Of a stretch of DNA of 64,000 bases, positions 34,363 to 45,666 are shown in pieces. A program made the translations under genes and the position numbers. Where the stretch lies: positions 186,001 through 250,000 of the forward strand of contig OW569356.1 in the NCBI GenBank assembly GCA_937625935.1. Reading direction: 5' to 3'. Numbering within the stretch: the stretch's first letter is position 1; each line of letters starts with the position of its first letter. Origin of the DNA: Tetramitus jugosus (lineage: Eukaryota > Protista > Heterolobosea). The notes under the pieces were generated by a model, which saw only the letters and a list, made by a program, of their open reading frames with translations, made no database searches and was not told where the DNA came from.

Positions 34363-36268
34363 ATGACCTCTGTTGTGCCTTTAAAGTATGTCGAAACAGA
34401 CAGCATTTCGGATATCAATGATGAGATTGAAACTCCAATAGAACTCAAGACCCTGGGTGATGAAATCAAAATCTACCTCTACAAAAGAGGAAATAATTCT
34501 CAATTGAGCCTAAAATCGGCAAACTCTTCCTCGATTAAGTTAGTTGAAAGTGCAAAGTCTAGTACTGAGCAGTCTCAACCCACGAAGGTTCTACCGCCAC
34601 TAAACCCTAACCCTTCATCCATAGTTCCGGCTGAGAGACCTCCTCCAGGTCCATCTATTCTCACTCTATTGAAAATCAAGTTTGAAAAGTATGTTGGCAG
34701 CATGCATTCTTATTTTTAATTGATGGACACAATAACAAATTTGTTTGAATTGGTTTAGAGTGTTTGATCAAGTAATGCAAACCATGACCGACCCGGATGA
34801 ATCAAGAATTGCCCTCGCATGGGAGGCTCTGATGTTATATATTATTCTGTACAATTATTGGACAGTTTTGTTTCGGATCACATTCCTCAGAAAGAGAAGT
34901 TCGAGAGTGTCGATAGGGATCTTTGCTGTCTTTGACATTCTCTTTGATATTTGTTGTCTGATGGATGTGTTCTTCAATTTTTTCCGTAGATACCCGGGGA
35001 GTGATGGTATCTTCATCTATGAGTCAAAGAAGACTGCAAAAAACTACGTGTTTGGAAATAAGTGGTTTTATGTCGACTTGATTGCGACCATACCGGTGGA
35101 TTGGATATTCATTGGTTGGAAGCCTGTTATCAACTCCTTCGTTAGACTATTGAAACTAGCTCGGCTGATGAAAATGAATGTTTACTGGAGAGATTTACAA
35201 ACTCATGTCGTTATTGTCAGTAACACTCTCGTGCAGATCGTGAAATTTATTACATACTCTTTTATGGTTACGCATTTGATGACAGTGTTATGGTTCTTGG
35301 TTGTGGATGCTCAAGAAGAGCCTATAGCAGTTGCCTGGACTCTGAAAGAAGACATTTTGCACATCCATGTAATGTCACAATATCTGGTTGGATTTTATTG
35401 GTGCATAACCAGTATGACCGGATACGGAGGTACAAATCCTGCTTCCTTCCTACAAGTGTTTTATGGTGAATTTATGCTCTTGGTTGGAACAGTCATGTAC
35501 GTGCTTCTTATCGGTACGGTGGGTTCATTGGTCGTGACTTCTAGCTCGAACCAAGCGAAAGGAAAACAAAAGATGGATCAAATGAGAGAGTACATGGCGT
35601 TCCGTAACATTCCAAAGCCGCTTCAAGATAAGATCAGAGATTACTACAACTTCGTGTGGAAAACAAGAAAAGGGTGGGATGAAACGATTGTGTTGGAAGA
35701 CTTACCCAACTATTTACGGATGGAGATTGCTTTGGACATTAACCGTGAACTTATAGAAAAGGTACCACTATTTAAAGATCGAAGTAAGATGTTTATCAGT
35801 TCTGTTGTCATGAGTTTAGTTCCCAGGGTGACACTGCCTGGATCTATCATTGTTCGCAAAGGAGAAATTGGTCGAGAGATGTTCTTCATATCAAGTGGAA
35901 GTGTTGAAATTATTTCTGATAGCGACCCTCCTATCATATTTGCAACGCTTGGTACAGGTCAATTCTTCGGAGAGATTGCTATTGTATTTGAACAACGAAG
36001 AGGTGCTACAGTGCGTGCAGCCACATTCTGTGATCTCTATGTCTTAACAAAAGATTCTCTGGAAGCTATTGCTCTCGATTATCCTGATCAAGTCGAAGCC
36101 ATTAAGCAGGTTGCTAAGGAGAGACTCGAGGCTCAAAGCAAACAACAAGCAAATCCTCCGCCACCTTCCACCAACGAAGAGTCGAATAGTAAGCCAACCG
36201 AGGAAGAGATCGAGAATGATGAATCTGAACCCGAGGACGAAGGTGAAAGTGGAGATAAATCTGAGTAA
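34363..36268 (+). CDS. Cyclic-nucleotide-binding-domain cation channel (CNG/EAG/HCN superfamily; 2 exons)
   Basis: Intron 34689-34758; S4 RLLKLARLMK, pore YW..TSMTGYGG, C-linker YMAFRNIPKPLQDKIRDYY, CNBD GEIGREMFFI...FGEIA...RRGATVRA. Confidence 0.9.
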
Positions 36269-36304
36269 TAGTCACAACTGGACTAATCATTCATTTGATA
36301 CAAG

Positions 36305-37984
36305 TTACAATGCAAAAATTCCTAAATTACTTGATCCATCGGTGAACTTCATGTTGACATTCTCTTGTTTTGCACGGCAGATTGGACATGTGTTCTCTCT
36401 GGCAAACCATGAGCTAATACACTCCTCACAAAACATGTGTCCACAGTCGAGCATGATTGGACGTTGGAAATCGTCCTGACAAACAGAGCATGAATCATCG
36501 GCCTCTAGTATTTCTTCACGTGTCGCATATCGTCCAAATGGAGCAGTGCTACTGAATAAGATACGCAAAGCAGTGAAGCACTTCCAAATGGACAGCGCAA
36601 TCGATCTCAATTTGAACACAGCATAAACAATGATCACAAAGATTGCAAAAGCCATTGGATAAATCTCCGGGTTCCAAAGATACCTGACCCACACAGCAAC
36701 AGGCAAACAGCATCTATAGGCATAAAATATAGTCTCAATATTGGCATAGATTCTTCCCTTGATGACCGACTTGATAAAAGTCAGAGATCCCAACAGCAGC
36801 ACAGCAGCACTCTTGATTGCCATCGATGAAAGCTTCAACACACAATCTATGATTATTCAATACATTCCAGAGTTAGTTTTTCGCTTCTTACCAACCTAAC
36901 ATAACAACAAAACAAAAACAGACATCAAAGAAACGGTACCTGTGATGACAACAAAGAACAAGGAATCCCAAAAATCCAATTTTTGATCCAATGATCCCCT
37001 AAAGATCAAGAACCACCATGGCTTGTACCGATTCCAGAAAAAGTACAGCAGAGAGATATGTGAGACACAAATGAGAATCAAGAGAGCAGACATCCATATG
37101 CTTCGATTCTCCTTTAGACTCACTTGCTGCTTCAACCTTTCATGAACTGTGAAAATGGCCAGGAACAACCACAGAAACGTCAATACTCCAATAAAGTGAA
37201 AGTAGAGAAAGAGAAGCCCAGGGAGCAACACCAATGGAACTGCCTTGAACAAAAAATCAATCACTTCCCTTCCGTTTTGAAATCCGAGTTGCTCAGAAAT
37301 GTTTTGAGTTGCAGAAGAGAGATTTTCAGCTGTTGTTGTTGCGGTTGCATCACCATTGTTGTTTTGGTCGTTTGTTGAAGATTGTTGTACTGCTGCTGTT
37401 GCTGCAGCTGCATCATCATTACTACTACTATTACTACTACTAATAACAACAGGAGCAGTGTTGACAGTGTTGTTGGCAGAAGAGTCCTGATGATGATGAT
37501 GATGATGATTGGATCCATCACCACTATTGTTCGCACTGACATGATGTAAATCAGTGGCGTATCGAACAGGAAAAGCAGAAGAAAGAAGAGAGGGATGATG
37601 TGCATGTAAATGTGGATGGTGATGAGAGGGAGTGTGCTCCTGTATCATGATGGACAGTTCTCTCTGTAAATCTTCCCAGTTGACAATGGAGCGCAATAGG
37701 GGATTATTACTTGTATGACTGTTGATGCTGTTGTTGATGTTGTTGATGTTGTGTTGATGATGAGAGGGATGAGAGGAGGATGACTCTAGTGGGTGCTGCT
37801 GTTGTTGATCAGCAGGAGGTTCTTCTTGTTGTTGTTGTTGTGATGAGGTATGCGCAATGTCAATCACATGATCTCCTCCACTCATACCCTCATTGTTGTT
37901 GTTGTTGTTATTGACAGTATCATCAGTCGTGCTAGTATTGTTATGGTTGTTCTGGATGTCTGACGGACTGTTGGGTGATGACAT
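36305..37984 (-). CDS. RING finger and transmembrane-domain E3 ligase (RNFT1/2-like; 2 exons)
   Basis: Low-complexity N-terminus, TM block (LKQQVSLKE), intron 36939-36847, RING CSVCQ...CGHMFCEECISSWFARENTCPICR, end FTDGSS. Confidence 0.85.
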
Positions 37985-38207
37985 TGTCTGAACGGTAGTA
38001 GTGAAAGAATAGTGGTGATGGATTTCTTGTTGTTGTTGTTGATACAATAGTTTATGATTTTTTGGAGCGCAAACCAAATTTTTTGTTGCCTTGATTCGAA
38101 CTCGAGCGGCGAGGTGCGAGTTGGAACTACGGGGATTTTGAGGGAAGGAGATTGAAATAAAAATAAATTCCGACAAACACGCTGTGAACACGGATGTCTT
38201 GATCGAT

Positions 38208-39321
38208 TTATTTGAGCAGTTCTTGCTCCTCGGCTGCTTGTCTGAGTGCAGCAGCCCTAATCTTGGCTGTCCTTCGTTCTCTGTCCTTCTCTTCCTGAAT
38301 TCTCTCAAGTTCCGATGTATCAAACACCTTGTGTTCCTCGATAATCTTTTTGAGTTTCTTGAGTGACAGACGAGCAGATTTCAACGTGGCGGTACTCTTC
38401 TCTACAATTTCCTTGTTCGTCAATGATGAAACAATCGAATCAATCCTCTTGATCGACCTCATCAAGTGCTCCGTGTCAATCTGCTTGCTTGCATAGCTCT
38501 TTTCAATGAAATGATCCGTGTCAGTGGGGTTATAGTGAAACAGAGCTGCCAAGGCAATTGTTCCAGGAGGGTACATGAATGATACATCCGTCTTGTACGA
38601 TTCCTTGATAAACTTTCTTGCATTGTCAAACAATTGAGCCGTTTCATGCTTTCTGTCCGCTTCAAAAAAGTCATGAACAAAAGCATAGAGGGATCGATAG
38701 GGATGGTACACAATGAGATGAAATTTGAGGCCTTGGAGCAGTATGAGCTCTGTTCTTTGAATTTCCTTCTTGTCAATCTTGGATTGCGTAAATTCTTCAA
38801 CCTTGAACAAAAAGTCGTCCAATTTCATGTGATTTTCCTCTGTTTTCGCAGCCAAGAACATGCATGTCAACCTGATTTGCGATTGTGGTCAATATCTCTG
38901 CAACGAACAGTGTGTACAAGAAGATCGACGACAAACACACATCTAATAGATGCAACAACAACAACAACAAGAATACATACATGAATATGTTGATATCAAA
39001 CTGCATAATCGAATTCTCCAAAAAAAATCGTTTAAAGTAAATCATGGCTGTTGCTTCGACGTGAACATTGAACTGAAATCGATCACACAGCTGACTCATG
39101 ATCCCAATATTCTTTTGAACTGTAGCTACTTCTTCATCGACTGTTAGAGTAGGTATGTTTGCAGTGGCAGGTCCCTGCTCGACACCATTCTTGGTCATGT
39201 GATCGACAATGGTGTTGCGAACAGTCTGAATTGTGTTTTCACGAATGTCATTGATTGCTTTTTCATCTTCACTAAAAAACCAATTTTTGAATTGGGAGGA
39301 GTGGCGAAAGTTTGTTGTCAT
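38208..39321 (-). CDS. CCNH: Cyclin H (2 exons)
   Basis: FRHSSQFKNWFF, ATAMIYFKRFFL.NSIM; intron 38980-38872 gives MLTCMFLAAKTEE; ELILLQGLKFHLIVYHPYR. Confidence 0.92.
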
Positions 39322-39432
39322 ATTATTGTTGTGATTCGTGTAGACTTTGATTGTTGTGTAATCATGTTTTTTTGTTCGTTTTTGGTGTATGAACGAAATT
39401 TGGGCGCCAAAGCTGGTGTTGCTCAATTTTTT

Positions 39433-40773
39433 TTATTGCTCTTGTTGTATATCTGTGAATGTGAATGCTGCAGCCTTGTACGAGCTAAAAACATTGTGAA
39501 GAGTAGCTACTTCCTCTTGCTTGACAAGCCCAGATAACTCAGCGTAGATGCTGCCATTTTCAATTCGAATCGGAATTGTAATCTCCTCCTGTTCTTCAGA
39601 CTCGCTGCTTCCATTGTCTTTCTTCAGGATCGTAGATGTTTCATAGGTATGTTCCAAATTTTCAATCAATTGCTGAATAGGAGAAAAGATCAATGGTTTT
39701 CTGTGCTGATTACAGAACATGTTGGTCAAGAACCATTTGCCTTCGTGATTTGCCAACAGATAATGATACTGCTTGTCCAACACAATGTGCCATCTAGTGG
39801 ATTTGGATAAAGCACTTAGATTAGCAATTTTGATTAAATCGTCATTGCTCTTTTGCTTGGAAGCGACTTGAACCTGAGCCAAATCTTCAGAGAACCGGAA
39901 GAATAGCTCAGTAAACTTTGGTATGTCATGTATGATGCCCGTCTTTGGAAGCAAATATCCAGTGGCACCAAACAATAAGAATCGATTATAGTATTCAATA
40001 GGTACACCTGTATCATACAACTCTCTCTTGTTGGCAATATCGTAATACAATCGCAACTCCTCTTGCACTTCACTGTTCCATGGCAACACTGCAATCGTTC
40101 TCTTTATACCAAACTTTGATTGATTGATCATGGACAAGTGAGTTGTGCCATTTGGTGATTGAATCAATTCCAACTTGTGCACAAGTCGATCATGTCTCAG
40201 CCAATCTTCCACTCGCTCCACACTGTTAATATATGCCATTGCAAACATAAATGACCAACCAGCTCCCTTTAATCCTCTCTTTGAAAAATTGGTGCCCTTT
40301 TTTACGAGTGTAGTTAATTTTGAGCTCCCTGGCTTCACATTGGCAACTCTACCAAACACACTGGCCTTAATGGCACGATACGCAAAGTACGATGAAAGAA
40401 TCGAAGATGCAAGGAACCAACTCACATTTGTTGTATCTACATTCTTGAACAATAAAGTTTTTGTGTTTTGTTCGCTCTGTTTTGCAATGCCCTGTTGTTG
40501 TTGTTGTTGTTGTTGTTGTTCCTGTTGATCGACTACAACATGATGTGATGTTCGTAATAAATAGTCGTGTGCGTTTGGTTTTGTTTGTTGAATATACTCG
40601 TCAATCCTTGTTTTTTCTTGATCGCTGTTGTGATAGCCGTGAAGAACAGCAGGAACAAGTGCCAAAGCGACGGCAATAGTCTTTGATATGCTCTTGTTTC
40701 TGGGTGTGAATCGAGCGTTGTTCAGGAAGGTATCATCAATGTTCCAATACTTGTTCCACAATCTTCTCATCAT
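39433..40773 (-). CDS. Hypothetical membrane protein with degenerate C-terminal Rieske-like region
   Basis: 446-aa ORF, basic N-terminus, three hydrophobic segments, tail LLANHEGKWFLTNMFCNQH..PL...IPIRIENGSIYAEL. Confidence 0.6.
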   Translation of the reverse strand: MMRRLWNKYWNIDDTFLNNARFTPRNKSISKTIAVALALVPAVLHGYHNSDQEKTRIDEYIQQTKPNAHDYLLRTSHHVVVDQQEQQQQQQQQQGIAKQSEQNTKTLLFKNVDTTNVSWFLASSILSSYFAYRAIKASVFGRVANVKPGSSKLTTLVKKGTNFSKRGLKGAGWSFMFAMAYINSVERVEDWLRHDRLVHKLELIQSPNGTTHLSMINQSKFGIKRTIAVLPWNSEVQEELRLYYDIANKRELYDTGVPIEYYNRFLLFGATGYLLPKTGIIHDIPKFTELFFRFSEDLAQVQVASKQKSNDDLIKIANLSALSKSTRWHIVLDKQYHYLLANHEGKWFLTNMFCNQHRKPLIFSPIQQLIENLEHTYETSTILKKDNGSSESEEQEEITIPIRIENGSIYAELSGLVKQEEVATLHNVFSSYKAAAFTFTDIQQEQ

Positions 40774-40958
40774 CTTTCAATTGTTTTGCTTTGCTTGTTG
40801 GATTTTTTTGGGTTTTGTTGTGTGTGTTCGTGTGAAAAGGTTGAAGCGTATTGTAACGCGGAAAATCATTGTTGCATGGATGAGATCCTCACGTTTCATA
40901 AAAAGCAAACAAACAACATTTTCCTCTTGTGACAAACAAAGTACCACGAACAATACGT

Positions 40959-41246
40959 ATGGACGAATTTCGAGATGAACTATTGATGATTGGCGCGTTT
41001 GTGGCAATTGTCTTCATTGTCATTCTATTGATGACACTTTTGTTGTTGAACATGGACAAGATAAAGAAGATATGGAACGACTACAAGAGCTCAAAACGTC
41101 GTAGGCGGTTGGTCATTTCAGATGAACAGGTCAGAGAGGACTTGATGGGCATATTGACACCGCCACCGACTACGATGCGAAACACTTCAATTTCAGCTCC
41201 CACTCAGCGAAAATCTTATTCTGAAGTCAGAGAGAATAAGCAATGA
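40959..41246 (+). CDS. Small single-pass membrane protein
   Basis: 95 aa, strong TM helix followed by basic residues (KIKK, KRRRR). Confidence 0.55.
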   Translation: MDEFRDELLMIGAFVAIVFIVILLMTLLLLNMDKIKKIWNDYKSSKRRRRLVISDEQVREDLMGILTPPPTTMRNTSISAPTQRKSYSEVRENKQ

Positions 41247-41600
41247 AACATCCGCGAAGGATCCGCGCTCGTTATCCAGTTGATTTACTGTAAAGCGATC
41301 GGAGAAATTTATTTATGGCGCTTTTTGATCATAGAAAATAGATGGACATCTCCATGGGCTTGCGGCGTGAGCTCACGAATAGATGTCTTGGTATTTTGTA
41401 ACAAGTATATTTTATGCGTGTGAAGCTTGATCGAGATCAATTGCCTCCATTTCTGGAATTCACGCAGCCTGAAGCCTATTCTCTCTTCTCATTGCATAAA
41501 AAAAAGAACCTTTCGTTACTCAATAGTTGTTTGCAGAAAGAGCTGCTCTACTATTCGCAAGACCAAACACAAAAAACGAATCTAATCTTTGGTGTACGTG

Positions 41601-43064
41601 ATGAGTTACGAGAACCATTCGAATTTTGATGATCATCATTGGCAACAGTTACACGATCTGCACTTTTTCGATTCTGAAGATTTTTGGTCATGTGTGATCC
41701 CTTTTGTAAATACAGCTACATTGAAAAAGTTATCCATGGTAAGCAAGCGTCTTCATCAATGTATAATAGCAGAGAAGTATACCCCATTCTATCGTCCCAT
41801 TGTGAACATTTTGTTGGCTGTTGCTCCCAGACAAGCAGTAACACAACAAGGAACGTCATCCTTCAAGACATCCACTTCTTCGACAGCGAAGAATGTACAA
41901 CAAAAGGAAGATGAACATTGCCGTCGAGTTCTCGGAGATTTGAACCTGTTTTCATTGTCCCGCAGTGTCTTTTCAGGTACGAGTGATCATCAGGATAACA
42001 GATCAATTGTTTATGCTGAACATTGCTTCTCTTCTAGTGATGATTACAAGAAAAGTCAAAAAAGGACCAAGAAACCCAACGATTGTCCTCATGAGAAGAT
42101 TGCATTCAAGATTTATGTGGATCACTTGAACAAGAAGGATCGATTTGTGTTTGGTCAAAAGAAATCTTGCCAGCAAAAACTTGAGAGAACAGTCGATGCT
42201 GTGATTGTTATTACGGATAACGATCGATTGAATATGAGAAGCTTGGCAAAGAGGTGGCGACCCAGTGACTTTAGAACCTTTCCTACTCCGTTAGCAATCG
42301 TAAATATGGGTCAATCGAAATTTGTAATGGAAAGTGAGTGGAGCTTTTCAGAGAATGCAGCTGTGTTCAATTATTACTACGGACTTTCAAACGAGAGAAA
42401 GAATAAGATGATTGAGAAGGAGATTTGTAGTTTTTTGAGAGATAAGTGCGTCGTTCTGCAGTACAAGGAATTGAGCTTCAACAGATCCATTCGAACACAC
42501 TCACAAATGATTAATGATTTACTGAATATGAATCATAAGGATTTTTATAAGTTTGTAGTGACGCTGTTTGGAACCTACTATCATTGTCACTTTGGCTCGC
42601 CATTCTGGTGCGGATTCTGGAGAGCCATCTCCTTTTACGAGATGGATTCCCAGACGCAACAGAAATTGATCCGAAAATGGGTGATAGATTTTCTGGGGCA
42701 TGACATGTCCAATGATTGTGTTCACTTATGTGATTCGATTGAAATGGAGAAATTGAAACATGGTGAGGAATATTTCAATCGGATATGTAAGCATATTCTA
42801 AAGGTCGATAAAAAATACACTCCTGTATCCGTCCAATACAAACCTGAGTCCCAGGCATATGAGGTACGATATTGGGCAATACATGACATCCAGTACCACA
42901 ATGAAATTCAAGGGTACAAAATAGTTGTTACGGTACCGTTGAGACCCGCACCTGAGAAAATTGAGGTCAAATTGAAGTTCAAACATGTAGCTCGGATGAA
43001 TCGAGTGAAAGAGTACATATCGAGAGTGGTATCCGAGTTTCGCACTCGGCGTTCAACTAATTGA
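41601..43064 (+). CDS. F-box-like protein
   Basis: DFWSCVIPFV...LKKLSMVSKRLH F-box-like N-terminus; remainder not recognised. Confidence 0.6.
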   Translation: MSYENHSNFDDHHWQQLHDLHFFDSEDFWSCVIPFVNTATLKKLSMVSKRLHQCIIAEKYTPFYRPIVNILLAVAPRQAVTQQGTSSFKTSTSSTAKNVQQKEDEHCRRVLGDLNLFSLSRSVFSGTSDHQDNRSIVYAEHCFSSSDDYKKSQKRTKKPNDCPHEKIAFKIYVDHLNKKDRFVFGQKKSCQQKLERTVDAVIVITDNDRLNMRSLAKRWRPSDFRTFPTPLAIVNMGQSKFVMESEWSFSENAAVFNYYYGLSNERKNKMIEKEICSFLRDKCVVLQYKELSFNRSIRTHSQMINDLLNMNHKDFYKFVVTLFGTYYHCHFGSPFWCGFWRAISFYEMDSQTQQKLIRKWVIDFLGHDMSNDCVHLCDSIEMEKLKHGEEYFNRICKHILKVDKKYTPVSVQYKPESQAYEVRYWAIHDIQYHNEIQGYKIVVTVPLRPAPEKIEVKLKFKHVARMNRVKEYISRVVSEFRTRRSTN

Positions 43065-43119
43065 TCCATGTGATGACTGGAATAAACCACTATAGCGACT
43101 AAAAAGCAAGCACAATCGT

Positions 43120-44856
43120 TTATTGTTTCTTTGGTGGATACAAGTTACCATCAATTGTCCATCGAATTGGAGTGTACTTCTCCACAACAGCCTGTAAGTC
43201 TTTAATCTCTGTCAATGGATGTTTCGTATCCATAAATCCTCTCTGCACCATGAAGGCGGCTGCAGCACCTGCAGCAGTTCCACTGCTCCATTCAACTGGA
43301 TGCAATCGAGTGGCGGCATTGGCCAAGAAGCTCTGAGCCATAACTTTACCTGCCACGAGGAGATTAGGAATGTTTCGGTTTGTCATCGCCCTATAAGGTA
43401 TAAAGAATGGTAGTGACGAATATCCAACATTGACGTAACCTGGATAAAAACATCCTTTCAATCTATGAATATCGACAGAGTAACTACCGAGAGCTAGGTG
43501 ATCATACGGTACTGTGCCAGTCTTTTGTTGAGTAAAATCACCAGTCAAATCTCGAATCTTGATAATATAGTCATCAATACCGATTGATCTTCTCGTGTCT
43601 CTAATGTATGGCAGTTGTGACAATCCATGACAAGTTCCAAAGGCGTCTTTATCCATCGTAATATAGTCCTTGAGGGCTGGATTGCTAGCGTTCTTGAACC
43701 AGTAATGCCATCCATATGCAAGATATTCTGACTCTCGTAAAACGTTCATGTTCAGCCCACCATTCCAAGCATCTTTCTTGACGAGTTCTCTTGTTTCGTT
43801 TCTAGGCAAGAATAAATAACCAAACTCATAATCATTTCCAAAATTTCCCCAGTTCTGCAGGGTGATATCTCCTTTGATTGCTTCAGAGCTTCCAGGGGTA
43901 TATAATCGACGATAAGTCCATACCTGATTCCAAGTGTACTTTCCTATCGAATATAATTGCTGATACTTGTCAGGGTATGGGTTCGATGGCTCCGAGGTTG
44001 GCTGTTGATGAATTTGTTGTGCAAAGCCAAACACAATTGATTGACCACATGTATCATTACCCACTCCGCTTACATCTCCATCATACTGTTCTGACAATCC
44101 TTGTAAATAATCTGCTCCGGATAGAGCTAAAATTTCGCCCCAGTCCGTTGCATCCATCACAATCATATTTGAACTTTGGAAGGTCAAAACCTCCTTGTGA
44201 TAACGATCAGATTCCTGTTCAGAGTACCAATCGAGCAACTCTTGAGATAGTAATAGACACTTCTTGTCAGCAGAGGGCTTCTCAAATCTTTGAATCACTT
44301 GTACTTGATTAATCATAAAGGATTCATTTTTGCGCACTCTCTTCACCACACTATTCAAGTAAATCTTTAAATTCTTCTCTACACCAACATAGAGTTTGAA
44401 CAGACCCTTGTTCAACATGTCACGCGGCAAATAACAAAAGTTACTGACCCAGCATTGACCTGTATGGCCATACTCTGAATTTAGAATAGAATAGAGATTA
44501 GGTGTGACATTGGACTCAGACTTGTCATACTTGGGCACATCATATGACTCATTGCCCTTCTTTAGCACTTGCCATGCAAAATCAATGGCAGGAACACCAG
44601 AAGAAGTCATTTGACCTCCAACCCAGTCAGTGGGCTCCAAGAGGCATGTTTTAACTCCTTCTGAAGCAGACGACAGAGCTGCTGCAAAGGCAGCCGTAGT
44701 TCCTCCGGCAATTAGAACTTGGCAATCAGAAATGGGCGCAGAGCTGATCTTCGTTTGGCCTTGCTTCCAGCGAGGGAGCGAAAAGGTTTGAAAAGAACAG
44801 GAAACAAAGAGGCTACACAATAGCCAAACGAGAGTCAGTTTATAATGTCCCATCAT
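43120..44856 (-). CDS. Secreted FAD-dependent oxidoreductase (FAD_oxidored-like)
   Basis: Signal peptide; VLIAGGTTAAFAAAL, LLEPTDWVGGQMTSSGV, DATDWGE, PYIRDTRR, PFFIPYRAM...NLLVAGK, RLHPVEWSSG.AAG. Confidence 0.85.
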   Translation of the reverse strand: MMGHYKLTLVWLLCSLFVSCSFQTFSLPRWKQGQTKISSAPISDCQVLIAGGTTAAFAAALSSASEGVKTCLLEPTDWVGGQMTSSGVPAIDFAWQVLKKGNESYDVPKYDKSESNVTPNLYSILNSEYGHTGQCWVSNFCYLPRDMLNKGLFKLYVGVEKNLKIYLNSVVKRVRKNESFMINQVQVIQRFEKPSADKKCLLLSQELLDWYSEQESDRYHKEVLTFQSSNMIVMDATDWGEILALSGADYLQGLSEQYDGDVSGVGNDTCGQSIVFGFAQQIHQQPTSEPSNPYPDKYQQLYSIGKYTWNQVWTYRRLYTPGSSEAIKGDITLQNWGNFGNDYEFGYLFLPRNETRELVKKDAWNGGLNMNVLRESEYLAYGWHYWFKNASNPALKDYITMDKDAFGTCHGLSQLPYIRDTRRSIGIDDYIIKIRDLTGDFTQQKTGTVPYDHLALGSYSVDIHRLKGCFYPGYVNVGYSSLPFFIPYRAMTNRNIPNLLVAGKVMAQSFLANAATRLHPVEWSSGTAAGAAAAFMVQRGFMDTKHPLTEIKDLQAVVEKYTPIRWTIDGNLYPPKKQ

Positions 44857-45060
44857 GTTGTTGTTGTTTTTCATCCGAGATCTTGCTTCCGACAATCTCC
44901 GAACGGAGTAATTACGTGTATGACGGGACTGCCCTGTCATAAAAAGTCGATTCGGCGTCATCAAAAAACAAAAATCACCCAAAACTGCCCAAGGTTAAAA
45001 AAACACGAACGAAACCAACAACAACTCTGTGCTTTGTAAAATATATCTAGTGGATCAACA

Positions 45061-45396
45061 ATGGCAGACAACAAGGAAGACAAGGGAGGAGAACTCTTTC
45101 TCTATGTAACATACATTAGCATCAACAGAAAAGTTGCATCGGACTGTAAGCGCATCATGCAAATTCTAGACAGTCACAACATTCGATACACGTTGGTTGA
45201 TTTGGGAATTGTTCCTGAGAAGAGACAAGAGATGGTTAGTATTTCAGGAAAGACCGAACTCCCACAAGTGTTCATCGACAAGGAGTACATTGGTGGAATC
45301 GATCAGATTGAAGAGTGGAATGAGAATGAAGTGCTGGCTCATGAGTTGTACGAGTGTGGTTATGGAGATGAACCACCACCCAAGAATGAAGCATAA
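45061..45396 (+). CDS. SH3BGR/glutaredoxin-fold protein
   Basis: LYVTYIS...C.R..QILDSHNI.Y..VDL...RQEM...SGKTELPQVFIDKEYIGG; no CxxC. Confidence 0.85.
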   Translation: MADNKEDKGGELFLYVTYISINRKVASDCKRIMQILDSHNIRYTLVDLGIVPEKRQEMVSISGKTELPQVFIDKEYIGGIDQIEEWNENEVLAHELYECGYGDEPPPKNEA

Positions 45397-45666
45397 AAAA
45401 CATTGCGACTATTTGTAGTACCATAAAATCTATCTTGTGACATTTTTTATGAACTTTTTGAAATCGGGATTGTGATTTGTTTCTGTGGGTCATGCTGTGT
45501 GCAATCAGTCTTTCACTCGGGCATGCATCTGATCTTATGATCATCCGAAAGCAGTGTGGGGCATTCTGCAAGGAACAGCTGTCCTCAGAATAAGAGTAGC
45601 CAATGTAATGCATTACTTGGTCCGTGTGTTGTTGTACCATTTATATCGTGGGATCTGCCATCCTAA

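Noticed and set aside
40175-40528. ORF ending in poly-Cys (metallothionein-like)
   Set aside because: Antisense reading of a (CAA)n poly-Gln tract.
45272-45640. 122-aa minus-strand ORF or possible SECIS behind the glutaredoxin-fold gene
   Set aside because: No in-frame TGA in the glutaredoxin-like gene, no convincing SECIS core, and the ORF has no motifs.
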